DNA of 38,678 bases from Craspedostauros australis. Lineage: Eukaryota. The translations under genes and the position numbers were made by a program. Shown here one piece after another: positions 1-11,145 of the stretch. The notes under the pieces were generated by a model. The model saw nothing but the letters and a program-made list of their open reading frames with translations, made no database searches and had not been told where the DNA came from. Every line of letters begins with the position of its first letter. Within the stretch, counting starts at the first letter, position 1. The DNA lies in the NCBI GenBank assembly GCA_030167865.1, contig JALAGF010002372.1:1-38678 (forward strand), in the 5' to 3' direction.

Positions 1-232
1 GACATGTGTGGAATTGGTTGCCTGAGGACAAGGCCTGCGCAGAGGCAAGGATCAGCTTCGTGCATGCTGCAACATGGCTGACTCAAACCGTTCACATCAA
101 CGTTAGTCTAGGAAAGAAACAAGACAATTCAAGAACAATGAAGATGCGAACCGAAGAAACATGTACGCTTATGATTGGATACAAAATTGTCAATTCATTT
201 TACTTCCGCGTGGAGTTCGTATTTGGCGGGAC

Positions 233-293
233 TCTTCAAATTACATGCCATGTCAAACGAAAGTTTCGTTTGACATGGCATGTAATTTGAAGA
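233..293. repeat. Perfect inverted repeat (30-bp arms, 1-nt spacer)
   Basis: 233-262 TCTTCAAATTACATGCCATGTCAAACGAAA is the exact reverse complement of 264-293. A degenerate direct copy of the arm (3 mismatches in 27 nt versus 228-254) lies at 352-378. The context is AT-rich. Confidence 0.95.
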
Positions 294-775
294 AGCGAAA
301 TTCTCATCCACCCCCCAAAATAAATGTCTCTATCAGGTTATTTTGGACCCTGGGACTCATCAAATTACATGCGATATCTCCCTAATCTCGCATTTTTGGT
401 TGGTTTGAGCGGCCGAAACGGACGCCATACAGACGGACTATCCTTGTCGTAATAGGATGTGCGGTAGCCTGAGTCGAGGCCGTGGCCAGGCAGAACATCA
501 TTGTGTCCGCGGAGACCCCTGCCGGATTCTACCCCTGTGCATTGGGAGAGTGGAATGCCTATTGCTCTGCTCCATTGTACTGCTCATAGTACGTGTGCTC
601 GTATGGATGCCGCCGGCCTCCTCTGTAGAGTGTTGCCGTCCTTGCACCTTGGAGCACTTGGGCGTGCTCTGCCTTGCTGGGGCGAACTGATGCATACGAG
701 TATAATTGCAGAGCACATAGTAATACTATATTATAATGTTAGATGATACTTCACAGCACCCACCGAGTATTTCAA

Positions 776-2695
776 TTAATTTGCGAGTTTGTAGTCGATG
801 AAGGCTTCGACATTCGCCAATATCTCAGCGGTGTGCTCCGACATGAGGGACTGCTGGCTCACTTTCCCCAGGCAGTTTTGGAAATGGTTGAGCACGTTCA
901 ATCGCCGAAAGATCTCCGCGTACAAATCATCGTCGCTGTAGATATCTATGAGAGCATTCAGAGTCTCGCACACGAGCTGTGCAGAAGCACCAGTCTGCGG
1001 CAATTTCAACAAAGCGACTGTCATCTGTTCGACCACGGCATCGAGAGACGCGATGCCGCTGGTCACAGCAGATGCCAGCATCGAAAGGGTATCAATTTGC
1101 ACACTTTCATCTGGCGTGCGTTCCAACATCTGATGCAGGACGAAATTGAAGTCGTCGCCGACGACCTGTGCTCGGCACACAGCGTACGATCGGGTAAACA
1201 CGACCATTGCGGACGTCGCCCCGGTGACGTCGAGCGACTTTTTGAGCATCTGCCACAACTGGCCGAGCTTTCCGTTCTTCCCCAGTGCCTCGGCAAGGAC
1301 CGTCTCGCCCATTGCGATGTTCGAAAGACAAGCCAGAGCCTTGGAGATGACCTCAACGACGTCAATCCGTAGGTTCGAAGCGGTCTCGTGAGGTGCAAGC
1401 CGATAACCACCGAGCACAAGCACCAAGTCAATGATGCGATCAACGAACGGTTTCTGGCCCATGGCCTGTGCCAGCAGCAGATTGGACGCTTCATCTTGTT
1501 CCGATGACATGGCATCCTCGTCCTGCATCATGCTGCCGAGAAGATTGGCGGACACTTCCAGCGCAACGTGCAACGGGTTGACGCATTGTTCCCACTGTGA
1601 AACGGCAACCTGCATCTCCTGCTGACCGTCGACCCGCTCCCCGAACTTGGCCTTCTCTTGCCTTGGATTGGTCTTCTGCCGACGCGCGATGTCACGCGAT
1701 GACTCCTTTCTCGTCTCCACCGCCTTCATGATGTCATCTTCGAGCATGCTGTCCTCCTGCTGAGTTTTCCAAAGTTTCTCCGATTCCACATATCTAGCTT
1801 CCAGCTTCCGAACTTCCTCTACGTCGACGGCGATGGAATCCACCAACAGGTCAATCACATGTCTCAGGACGAGTTCGTGGCAGGCCTGCGAGGAACTTTG
1901 CTGGTGGCAAAGGACCAGGAAACCTGCGAAGTGGAGCTGGGAGATCGCTGGAAGATCTCGAAGGGATTTTGGTGAAGATGACACAATGGACTTGATGTCA
2001 TTCCAGGCGTTCATCTCGGACAGACTGCGCAACATATCTGGGTTTTCGTCGATCGCTGAATGCAAAGCTCTGGCAGCGAAGAGCGCCATGTTGCTCATAT
2101 TCCGCTCTACCAACTCGTCGCGCTGCCCCTCGAAGTTGATGACGCACCTGAGAATCGACAGAAGACGTGGCCAGAAGACGTCGTAGCTTTCCTCGAGACG
2201 GTCGATCGCCTCTCCCGTCATTTCGATCAGGTAGCACAAGGCCTGGACGCAGGATGCAGCCAGGGCGCACCAGTGATTGCGCATGGTCTGCCGGTTGATC
2301 CCATCTTCGCAGTCTTGGATTCGGCCAAGGAACAGCGGCACCCATCCAGACGCCGTTGATTGATGCTCGGTCGGGAGCTGTGTTTTGGAGGAAAGGTAGA
2401 GGACAATGCAATCGGCAGCTGCGATGGCGCAGTCCAGGTTCTTGGACATCACTTGCTCCCGGATCGCCTGCAACAGCACCAGACTGATCTGCTTGCTTGA
2501 TGGGCGAACGATGGATCCTTGCAACGTGATGAGCAGGTTGTGCTTCGTCTTCGTATCCCCGTGCTTCAGCTTGTGAATTGTGGGTGCATCGCTGTTAATG
2601 GAAGCAGCATGCGCGGCAGCAGCTGCAGAAGACGTGCCCTGCTGGGTGGCCTTCTTCCTCTGCCCCTTCGACTTGCGACGACTCTGCTTCCCCAT
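776..2695 (-). CDS. HEATR3: HEAT repeat-containing protein 3 / Syo1-like ribosomal protein L5-L11 import chaperone
   Basis: 639-aa single-exon ORF. Basic N-terminus MGKQSRRKSKGQRKK and helical ARM/HEAT-like body. The C-terminus LNALIDIYSDDD...ILANVEAFIDYK matches the Syo1/HEATR3 C-terminal signature as I recall it. Confidence 0.75.
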   Translation of the reverse strand: MGKQSRRKSKGQRKKATQQGTSSAAAAAHAASINSDAPTIHKLKHGDTKTKHNLLITLQGSIVRPSSKQISLVLLQAIREQVMSKNLDCAIAAADCIVLYLSSKTQLPTEHQSTASGWVPLFLGRIQDCEDGINRQTMRNHWCALAASCVQALCYLIEMTGEAIDRLEESYDVFWPRLLSILRCVINFEGQRDELVERNMSNMALFAARALHSAIDENPDMLRSLSEMNAWNDIKSIVSSSPKSLRDLPAISQLHFAGFLVLCHQQSSSQACHELVLRHVIDLLVDSIAVDVEEVRKLEARYVESEKLWKTQQEDSMLEDDIMKAVETRKESSRDIARRQKTNPRQEKAKFGERVDGQQEMQVAVSQWEQCVNPLHVALEVSANLLGSMMQDEDAMSSEQDEASNLLLAQAMGQKPFVDRIIDLVLVLGGYRLAPHETASNLRIDVVEVISKALACLSNIAMGETVLAEALGKNGKLGQLWQMLKKSLDVTGATSAMVVFTRSYAVCRAQVVGDDFNFVLHQMLERTPDESVQIDTLSMLASAVTSGIASLDAVVEQMTVALLKLPQTGASAQLVCETLNALIDIYSDDDLYAEIFRRLNVLNHFQNCLGKVSQQSLMSEHTAEILANVEAFIDYKLAN

Positions 2696-2836
2696 CTTGC
2701 TTCCGCTGGCGTTGCTGTTGCTGGTGCTGTTGTCTTGGCAAGACTATTATTGTCGCTTGGCGATACAAGCACTTCAAATGCTGCAGCGTGGTGTCGCGTA
2801 TTCGTGAGATGTCGTGCTCTTCTCCTTGCTATCTGC

Positions 2837-2860
2837 CACTCACTCACTCACTCACTCACT
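2837..2860. repeat. (CACT)6 microsatellite
   Basis: Directly visible upstream of HEATR3. Confidence 0.9.
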
Positions 2861-3307
2861 CTCCCTCCCTTCAATGAGGTTGGCCTCCCCTCTTGTTGCG
2901 CAGTTGCGGATACTCGGGCGAGTACCTCTATTCCCCACACAGAGCAGGACAGCGCACATGTTCGTGGAAACACAGGAAGAAAACAGGAATGGTTGGTCTG
3001 TGTGCGCACAACCCGTGACTGAATCTACTCCGAATCATGGATGGCGAAGTCTGTCCATCAATGCGTACCTCCTTCCCACCAGCCAAAATTGGCAACTGGC
3101 ACAAAAAAAACTTATCTCCGCAAGTGAGAACACAACGAGAGCCGCGCCACGCGCCACGATGGTGGTGTGTCGAGAATACACCCATCAACACAAGGCGGTG
3201 CAGCGTCACTCGGATTAGCGCGTTTACTCACCACGGGCACACTCTTGGCGTCAACACAGCCAACAAACCAAGAGGGTGGCACACGATACTCGCAGGTATA
3301 CACGTAG

Positions 3308-3351
3308 AATACAATACAATACGATGCAATAAATGCAATACAATACAATAC
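3308..3351. repeat. Imperfect (AATAC)n microsatellite
   Basis: aatacaatacaatac...aatacaatacaatac in the HEATR3-WDR43 spacer. Confidence 0.8.
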
Positions 3352-3541
3352 AAAGTAGAATAGTATAATCGTAGGTATAGGAACATCATTGAGTAGCAGC
3401 GCGACCGTGCTGCATCGTATCGCATTGAATAAGTACGTACCATACTCGCACGGTCGAGTCGAGTAGAGAGAGCAGAGCACACACAAGTACATCAACCATC
3501 AAGAACGCCACAAAGGGTCCACAGTACCAATAGCTCGCAAC

Positions 3542-5116
3542 ATGACGGAAGGAGATACAATGCCGATCTCGGCGTTCTCCGCCAGCGGAAAGTACGTGGC
3601 GGTGGCCGCTCCGTCTGTGCCTGGAAGAATCCAAGTCCACGTGTATGAGATCTCAGGCGATGCCTCCGCCTGCAAGCTCCACCTGACCATGGGCTATGCG
3701 GCTCAGGAAGGCCTCAAGAAGCTGGTGTTCTGCGGCGACGCCTTCGTTGTGGGCCTGGTCGGCACGACAAAAACCAGCATCGTCGTGTGGGATGTGACGC
3801 GCGGAATTTTCACAGATGCCATCGAAGCGGGGGAGGTCACGTTCCTAGATCTCACGACTCAGGTCGACCATGTGAACGAATCGCCGTCGCCGCAGTTCCA
3901 CGCGCTCATCGGAGATGACAAGGGCCACCGGCTGCTTGTGCAATCCTACGCCGGGGCCCTTTGCCGCAAGAAGATCAAGTGCGGGAAGTGGTCCACGTCC
4001 GATCAACGAGCAGCTTCATTCGCCATTTCCAAGACCGGCATCGCAGTTGTTTGCCACGACGGCGTCCGAATTATCAACCCGGCAACCGGCAAGAAGACAA
4101 AGGTCATCAAGGTCAATTCAACGCAGGTGGGCGTTGCGTACTGTTCCAATGATCCAAACACACTAATGGTGCTGTCGAAGGATGTTGGTTCCGTGGTTCT
4201 GCACAGCTCACGGAAGGATAAAGATACCGCGGTCGACGTTGGGCGCATGTCATCCTCGTCTGGATCTGGTCACATGGAAATCTGCAAGGGCGATGATGGA
4301 ACTTACACAGCGTTGCTGGGTCGTTCAGTATTCTGTGGGAGCCACAGCTTTTCAACCAAGTGCACCATCCGCTCACCAGACCCATGCATCTTCAACGTGG
4401 GGAGTGCCACGGAAGTCATGTCCCTGAGAATGAACAAGGCAAACGGAATGTCCCCAACAACCATCGCCATCACCAGCGAAACGCCGAAGGAGGTCATTCT
4501 GGACAATGACGCTGGAACTCGTGGCAAGCTGGGGGCCAAGCGGAAACTCGACTCGCAAATATCCGTGCTGGGTCCCGGTCAGTCCGGTGTGGAATCAGAG
4601 GCGGTTGCCCTGTCGGAAAAGAGAAGTAGAAGCAGTTCGGACGCCAAGGACAACCTGGAGGACCTTCCCATCGCCGATCGACTGAAACAGCTGAACAAGC
4701 TCCTTGATTCGGAGCTCGAGGAAAAGGAGAAGACTGAAGCGGCCGGGTCATCTGGATTCGTTCCAAAGCTTGCGACCACGGAATCGCTGAAGGAGCTTCT
4801 TTCGCAAGGTCTGTCATCGCAGGACGCCTCGCTGCTCAAGCTCGCGTTCTCGGTGAGGGATACCGACACGATCGAAACAACTCTGAAAGATCTGAAGAAT
4901 GTGCAAGTGGCGCAGGTCATCGATCAGCTGACAGCGCAGATCGCGTCCAATCCTCTCTCAGTCGACGCGCTATCAGGCTGGCTATCGGCCTCTCTTATGA
5001 CAGGACGCTTCAGCAGAGAACAGCTGGGCACACTCCGGCACTTACTTTCGGAACGTGTGGAAAGTTTGCCTGACCTTATTCGGCTCGAAGGAAGACTCTC
5101 GGTTTACATCGACTAG
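3542..5116 (+). CDS. WDR43: SSU processome protein with C-terminal Dip2/Utp12 domain (WDR43/Utp5-like)
   Basis: 524-aa ORF. Beta-propeller-like N-terminus (SAFSASGKYVAV, IVVWDVTRG). The C-terminal helical segment SLKELLSQGLSSQDASLLKLAFSVRDTDTIETTL...LIRLEGRL is typical of the Utp12 domain of Utp5/WDR43. Confidence 0.7.
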   Translation: MTEGDTMPISAFSASGKYVAVAAPSVPGRIQVHVYEISGDASACKLHLTMGYAAQEGLKKLVFCGDAFVVGLVGTTKTSIVVWDVTRGIFTDAIEAGEVTFLDLTTQVDHVNESPSPQFHALIGDDKGHRLLVQSYAGALCRKKIKCGKWSTSDQRAASFAISKTGIAVVCHDGVRIINPATGKKTKVIKVNSTQVGVAYCSNDPNTLMVLSKDVGSVVLHSSRKDKDTAVDVGRMSSSSGSGHMEICKGDDGTYTALLGRSVFCGSHSFSTKCTIRSPDPCIFNVGSATEVMSLRMNKANGMSPTTIAITSETPKEVILDNDAGTRGKLGAKRKLDSQISVLGPGQSGVESEAVALSEKRSRSSSDAKDNLEDLPIADRLKQLNKLLDSELEEKEKTEAAGSSGFVPKLATTESLKELLSQGLSSQDASLLKLAFSVRDTDTIETTLKDLKNVQVAQVIDQLTAQIASNPLSVDALSGWLSASLMTGRFSREQLGTLRHLLSERVESLPDLIRLEGRLSVYID

Positions 5117-5712
5117 AAAATGAATCTTATGCGAGTATATACCTGCTCTACCTCTGTGTGAGTGAGTGTGTGTGCGTCTATGTCTGTCTGTTTCTACTAG
5201 CAGAAACAGAGAGACAGAGGCAGGCTGGTCTGCCGAGGATCACACACCTCAAAGAGCGGCTATGGCGCTTCACGCAGCACAAGATCATTCTCTCCTACTG
5301 TTAGAGTAAACGGAGTATGGTGATAGTACAAATGGTACATGGACTATCAGTGTTCCAAGTAACATCCACTGCGATTCTTGTCGTGCACTGTACTGTACTG
5401 ATACGTACTACTCTGCGAGTATGCAGGATTGTACGACTATGTATGACTCTTTTCTCTCACTCTCTCTCCACAGAGAATCTATTATACATACATACACCTG
5501 GTACGTTGGATTTCGAGGGCGTGTATGTATGTATGTGCTTATCCCTATAGTTCTGCACTCTACGATGATTGCATAAGTCCGGCATCATGTCAGTTCGTGC
5601 CGCATGGCCATTTGATCCCAGCTGGATTGAACTAAAGACTGTTTGCATGCTTCGGATCATTCTTTGTGGGAGGGGAATGGAATGACATGCAACAAGCAAG
5701 CGCAGATTGTCA

Positions 5713-8700
5713 CTAACGGAAACGGAAACGGACGTATGGCAGGTCGACCTCCTCGTCGGTGTCCTTGTCGTTGGCGATCAACTCGAGAGTCAGAAACAGC
5801 TGGTTGGCTGGGAATTCCTTCTTCGTGATACTCGCGATGACTTCTGTCATCTTCATGGCCTTGCGCTCCTTCACCTTTTGCTTGTTGGCGAAGAAGCTGT
5901 AAAGGATGGAGACGCCGTGGGAGAGCATCGAGATCTCGAGGTTGTACTCCTTCTCGAAGTGCTCAATGAACTCGCCCAGCGTCACGTCGCCAATGTCCAG
6001 GTCGAGGGAATCCCAGGCAGTCCACTGCCATTCTCTGCCCTTGAGCATGCACTTGGTCTTCGCCGGCGTTGTGGGCTCACTCAAGGTCATGAACGGAATG
6101 GCGAGGTTGAGGAAGGCGCTCTTGTAGGCATCGATCTTGAGCTCCTTGCGGGCGGTTCCAACGAGCTTGTACAACTCCAGACAGATCAAACCGGTCACGA
6201 GTGCGGTTGTCGTTGCGATTGCTGGGATGATGCGGCCTGCGATGGCGCGGGAACGATGGGTGTCCTCTGTCGGGATGGAGTAGTTCATCGCGCGGAGGTT
6301 GGAGCATGCCGTGACGAAGAGCATGTGGTCGTCGATGTCCTTGTCGAACTCGATCGCATTGAGCTTGAAGCCTGCGAGATCACCCGGCTTTGGCAGGGCG
6401 GACCACATCTGATCTGCCTCAGCATCGCCCGTGTCCATGTCATTGCTGGCGGCATTGTTGTTCTTCTCTTCCTCGTCGTTTGCTGCAATCTTCACTCCTT
6501 CGGTTGGTGCGAAGTCGGGCACAATCACGTCTTGCAAGACCTTCACGAAGTAGTCATGCTCGGTGGTCCCCTTGATCCCGTACATCTCGGCACGGAGATT
6601 GGATGCTGCCACAACAAAGTCGAGGTGGTTGAACATCTCCGCATCCTCACACTTTTCCTTCAAATCGAAGGACAGGGCCTTGGGACAGCGCTTCGATCCG
6701 GACCAGAACTTTGTGCCGTTCGATGTCACCTGGTCCTGGGGGAAGTTGTGGAGGAGCTGGCGGATCTGGTTGTTGAACAGAGTCTCGAACTTCAATCGTG
6801 CCCAAACCACGCAGTCCTCGAAGGTGACTGGCCGATCATCGACCAAGGTGGCGCGGATCTTCTTCAAGGTTTCCAGCTTGGTGTTTGGCTGGAGGCTGCT
6901 GAGGTACTCCTCGGCTGGTTGGGACAGGTATGAGTTGACATCCTCGGCAGATTGCTTGAACTCGCCTTCAAACCAATCTCGTGCCCACTGCAGGGTGTGC
7001 TGGATCTGGTTGGGGAAGTTCTTCAACGTGCAAACTGGAATTGACTTCTCTGGTGGGTCGCGCGTAGCGCCGTAGTTCTCGGTCAGATGCGGCACCACAA
7101 TCTGGGTGTTCCCCTTCGTTCCGAGCGTTCCGCTCTCGAGCATGGGCAGGCGGTAGAACAGGCATCGTTGGTCGATGTAGAGACGGGCCTCCACGTTGTC
7201 GAGCGCGGTGCACACGCCCGAAAGCTTCGAGTAAAAGTCATCGCCGAACAAGTGCTCTGTGTCTGGCGCAGCCTTTTCTTGGTAGGCAGTGATGTTGAAG
7301 TCCGGGTTCATCTGGCGCGATGCCTTCGCCGCCGTGGTGGACTTGAAGTTGTCGATGTCCGAATTGCGGAACAAGAATTGGCGAGACAAGTTGGATTTCT
7401 CGATACGGTCCATGTCTGTGACGTGCACCTGCCCCTTTGGTCCGCAGGCGACGCCCATCATGGCCCAGTTCTTGAGCATCTCACACCCGATGGCACCAGC
7501 GCCCACGATGAAGTAGTTGAGATCAAAGAGGTTCTCCTGCATGTCGGCTCCGAAGACAGCGATTTGCGAGTCGTATCTGGTGTCCTTGGCTGCAACCTTG
7601 TCTGCTGGGAGAAGGTCGTCCGGGAGGCATTCATCTGCGTCGAAGTAGAAGAAACCGTTGATAGGGCTGAACTTGCCACTGCAGGCCTTCAGCACTTCCT
7701 GACCCACCATGCCACCCAAAGCCGCGCACATGGGGGAGAGGACAGCCTTCGATCCTGAGGCAAGCTGCAGGACGATTCGCTCTTGCGCAGGCGTCATCTC
7801 CTCGGACACCAGGGTCTTTGTCAGCTCCAGCACACGTTGGCACGCCGTTTGGTCTCCTGGAGTTGGCAACTCGCCTGCATTCTCCGACTGGAACTTTTCG
7901 AGGGCCTGAAAGGCGCCGTGCAGCAGCAAGGGGCGGTCGAACTTGGCAAAGTCGGACATGGCGATGTCGCCTGGTTCCGCCAGCTTCTTTTCGTACGTAT
8001 CGAAATGTATGGTGACGGGTTGCTTGACCTGCGTGATGTAACCCTGCTGCACTTCGCCGGGTCCGGTTGGGGCCGACAGCTTGTGGTTCGGGAGCTCGAA
8101 AGTGTAAGGTCCCGTCACCTTGACTTCATACTGGGTGTTGGTTTCCACTCCATGGATGCCCTTCAAGCGCGCAAATGTCACCTTGTCGCCGGTCTCCAAT
8201 CCGTGGCGACCTTGATCCTCAAGGACCTTGATGACGATGCAGTTGTCATTCTCCTCGTCGGAGATCACGGATTCGATTTGGGAGGTGGACGGAGGGTTTC
8301 CGTCCTTGTCGGCGCAGACGAAAGCATCGCCGAAGTCGCAAAAGATGGTACCGAAGACACCGGCAGTGACGGCGTTGATGAAGCAAGCGTGGTTGTCTCT
8401 ACCCTTGTTGTTGAGGGCGATGAGGACATCCTTGGCGAGTGGGATAGTGACGACGACACAGGAAATGCCAGTGCCATCGATGAGTGGGAGGAGCTGCTCT
8501 GAGCTGAAGTCGGTCGCATCAGCCACGGAGACGTCGACGTACGGGTTGAGCTCGGCGAGGGCGTCACGGCAATCGGCGGCGCGAGGCTGGCCAACTCCGG
8601 AGAGGTAGAAGTTGCCGCCAAGATCGTACGATGTTGACTTTTGCGGATCGCAGAGGACCAAAGAATGGATGCCAGCCAGGATGCAGTTCTTCGCGATCTC

Positions 8701-9301
8701 CACACCCAAACCGCTGACGCCTATCACCAAGGCCTTGGAGGCCATCATGCGGCGTTGAGCTTCGTGTCCCATCACGTAAAGCTGACGAGAGTAGAGCTTC
8801 TCGTCAACTGCCGTGTGATACGAGCGGAGTTGGAGTATGGTGGAATCACGCGGCGTGTGCGCACACGCGACGAGGCGAAGATCGCAGCAAGCAGTATGTG
8901 ACAGGAAGGCAGGCAAGCAATCAAGCAATTAGAGAAGCAAAGGGAAGCGAAGAAAGACGGAGTCGTTAGCGTTTGATGGGGAGGGCGCGAATCGGAGCGC
9001 ATCTCGTATGTTGCAACCTCTCGTTGCACAGGATGATCTAGCTCCGTTGTGAATGGTTGAAGAAGGGTTTGGATACAGCCTTGAAGCACCATGAACGCGG
9101 AGGAGCGAAGGAGCCTGTAGGACGTGTGCCCGTGATGTTGGCAGGACCGCTGTAGCTGGCGCCGGCACCTGAAAGCAAGATACGGATCATTCGTCCAAAG
9201 CATGGTTGGGAAAACACACACCCCCTCCGCTGTTGGCCTGGCCGGAGATCCTTACCTTCCGCGGTGGCGGTCACCTCCATTGGGGTTGCGGTTTCCGACA
9301 T
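5713..9301 (-). CDS. UBA1: Ubiquitin-activating enzyme E1
   Basis: Exon 1 9301-9256 (MSETATPMEVTATAE), intron 9255-8808 (GTAAG...CAG, phase 1), exon 2 8807-5713. Motifs: VDEKLYSRQLYV, ATP-binding VGAGAIGCE, IEKSNLSRQFLFR, catalytic Cys in SIPVCTLKNFP, FDKD...H, AGRIIPAIATTTA, C-terminal UFD. Confidence 0.97.
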
Positions 9302-11145
9302 GCTGATGGGCTTGGTTCTGATGTTCCTCCTCGGTTCCTTTTTGGATTGGTTGCTCTCAGTTGTGCGTATGGTGCTCTTGTATGACTGCGAGTACGAGTA
9401 CGAGTATGCCGTCGTGACGGGGGGAAGCTGGTTGGATTGTGCTTCGTCTTTGTGTTTTGTGTGCGCTGTGTTGACGATGTCTGGATACTGTGACAGGCGC
9501 AGTTCGTTACGTATCCCAACGCTGTCCTCGTTCGTATTGGGAACGTGTTTTGCTCCCTTCCCACCGCGTGACAGTGTCCCCGCGGCGTGCTTCTTCCCCG
9601 TTCCGTCTGTGTCTCTTTTCCTCTCCATTGTTGCCCTGCGTTGCTGTGAAGCGAAGCGGCATGTTTTGGATTCCATCGTGTTGGTGTTTCGCAGATGTCC
9701 CACACACGGCGAAGAACCCCAACGATCTTTCTCTCATAGCCTGGTACCAACAGGTATCATGGTGAAGGTACTTTTAGTATTGGAACTGGGAATGTGGATA
9801 GTGCCGTGAATGCTATGGAATTATGTGTTTTACCGCTACTTTCGGAAAATCAAATCTACACACACGACTCGAAATAGGTCCTGTTGATCGTAGCGTGGAA
9901 GAACTGAAATAGGGACAATGCACGTACTCCACGACTGGCAAAGTGAAGAGCACTCTAGCTTGTAGGTACGTAGGTAGTACATACACATGACGAAGTATGG
10001 TAGAGCATGGGTACTTGTGCAACTACTCTCCTGTTCAACTATTGGTGGCACACAGCTTGGAAAGCGCAATCTTCTTGCACATTCTGCTGGACTTTAGTTG
10101 GATGGAATGGGGGATGCGGCTTTCCGCATCTCGCTACGAAACTCCAACTCGATGCTCTGCATTGGCATATCTCCTCTCTCTCTCTCTCTCTCTTTCCAGA
10201 GAGAGAAATACCTTCAGGGCAGAGTATAGAGCTTGCTGATCCCTTACTTCGTTGACATCAGCTGCTCAACGTGGACGCGCCTTCATCGGTCACTTTCCAT
10301 TCGTAGCACTTGAGTGGATGTGAGAGGCACCATCTCTGTCCATCAATATGGACCCATGACACCCTCATGCTGGAGCTCGCGTGGTCAACTCCAACGGCAC
10401 GGGCATTTGGTGGTCAGGAGTGTGTGGTCCCTTGGCCTTGGAGGTACTCACCTCTTGTTTCGCAATGTTCCACTGCATTCCTTTCCAGTGCAGAGTGCGC
10501 CTGTCTGGAGAGATTGCTCCAGTACTCAATAGTCGTACCCTATGTCCACTCAGCGCACTGTTGTCATGAGAGTGTTTGAACGATGCATGTATGCATGAAT
10601 AGACTCATGGAAGAGCATCGCGAATCGGGGACCACGTTTCTGTTCTTGTAACGTTAGCACGTCATGAAGTCCACAGTTCACGAGAACAAGCCGCTGGGCA
10701 GGAAGTCACCTATCGCTGTCGCCGATCGCAAACTGTTTGACCGAAAAGCGTGCAATGATGCGTAGAATTTGAGTGCAGAGAGTTGGTCTTATATGTACTA
10801 GTCCTATAGCTCGTACATGTGGTCGGCACATAAAGATGTTGCCACATGTACTTGAGTGTAGAACGGCGAAATGTCGTGCGAGCGATAGGCTCGTTCGCAA
10901 GCATTGTACGGAGACTACGTACTCTACGGCATGGCGTGCATCATGATCTATCCTTGTTCAGTGTGCTGTGTTCGAAAAGGGCTCTCCCAACGCGCGTCGA
11001 GTACATGTTCGTACCATACACGCAGAGGTCCACAGAATAGGATCACTCCGACGCAAGTCTTCGTATTGCCCATTTCGGTTCACTGTGGCGGTTGCGATGT
11101 GTGTTGCCCGGCTTCTACCTGTCGCTTCGTTTAGTTTACAATACT

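Noticed and set aside
5707-8502. Long + strand ORFs (408, 223, 239 aa) opposite UBA1, and similar antisense ORFs opposite KARS, TARBP1 and HEATR3
   Set aside because: Antisense shadows of GC3-biased coding sequence, with no recognisable motifs.
8808-8928. N-terminus of the 1071-aa ORF (MLDCLPAF...) as the UBA1 start
   Set aside because: It begins at TTG inside an intron; a proper ATG exon with an in-phase GTAAG donor exists at 9301-9256.
9800-11100. Short ORFs in the UBA1-eIF3h spacer, also at 27780-28110 and 38330-38590
   Set aside because: No coding-like composition or motifs; degraded repeat or pseudogene origin cannot be shown without a search.
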